From NCBI GenBank assembly GCA_038142145.1, contig JAYQJM010000005.1, positions 515,816 through 579,815 of the forward strand: a DNA stretch of 64,000 nucleotides, read 5' to 3'. The DNA comes from Candidatus Actinomarina sp. (lineage in GTDB: Bacteria; Actinomycetota; Acidimicrobiia; Actinomarinales; Actinomarinaceae). The notes below the pieces were generated by a model that saw nothing but the letters and a program-made list of their open reading frames with translations, had not been told where the DNA came from and made no database searches. This document shows, piece by piece, positions 63,870 through 64,000 of this stretch (positions within the stretch are counted from its first letter, which is position 1; the number at the start of each line of letters is the position of its first letter). Both the position numbers and the translations under genes were made by a program.

Positions 63870-64000
63870 ATGGAAAAAATTATTGAATCTAAAAACTTTA
63901 TTTCTGAAATAATTGATAACAGATCTGTAGAAACATTAATAGTACTGGGATCTGGTATGAGTGGCTTCGAGGAAAAATATGATCATGAATATCAAATAAA
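63870..64000 (+). CDS. Probable purine nucleoside phosphorylase, 5' partial (runs off the window)
   Basis: MEKIIESKNFISEIIDNRSVETLIVLGSGMSGFEE resembles the PunA N-terminus (..IILGSGLG..) and follows deoB. Only 43 codons are visible. Confidence 0.45.
   Translation, partial: MEKIIESKNFISEIIDNRSVETLIVLGSGMSGFEEKYDHEYQI

Overview
The window is a very AT-rich, tightly packed bacterial chromosome segment with about 85 features and almost no intergenic DNA at convergent gene ends. The gene order is classically actinobacterial. It includes nrdR-LysM-lexA, recA, dapA-dapB, pnp-rpsO-ribF-truB-nrnA-rbfA-infB-nusA-rimP-proS, ispG-M50 protease-cdsA-frr-pyrH-tsf-rpsB-xerC, rnhB-lepB-rplS-trmD and rimM-KH-rpsP. 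The SOS boxes are of the actinobacterial TCGAAC-N4-GTTCGA type, and F420-linked genes are present (FO synthase cofG/cofH, a Ddn-like reductase, an LLM oxidoreductase). Together these suggest a streamlined low-GC actinobacterium, possibly a marine lineage, but that is inference and I cannot name the organism. I saw no rRNA, CRISPR array, transposase or prophage. Items worth a second look, best first: (1) A TlpA/ResA-like lipoprotein has an in-frame TGA exactly at the first Cys of its CxxC motif, followed by a hairpin, which makes it a UxxC selenoprotein candidate. (2) A GAPDH paralog lacking the catalytic Cys is translationally coupled to a canonical gap, at the head of a four-gene overlapping operon. 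(3) A umuC gene is co-oriented with an unknown helical protein and sits divergent from a umuD-like S24 protein that has an AT-hook-like N-terminus. A near-perfect 18-bp palindrome between them is unlike the host SOS box. (4) An orphan CobT/CobS-like vWA + AAA+ pair has non-canonical Walker motifs. (5) lepB has its catalytic Ser upstream of the first ATG/GTG/TTG, which implies an ATT start 2 nt after the rplS stop. (6) miaB is frame-shifted. (7) FO synthase is split or frame-shifted and carries a roughly 245-aa unexplained insertion. (8) The rpsB 5' leader is structured. All protein calls rest on motifs read by eye from the supplied translations, and no database search was run.
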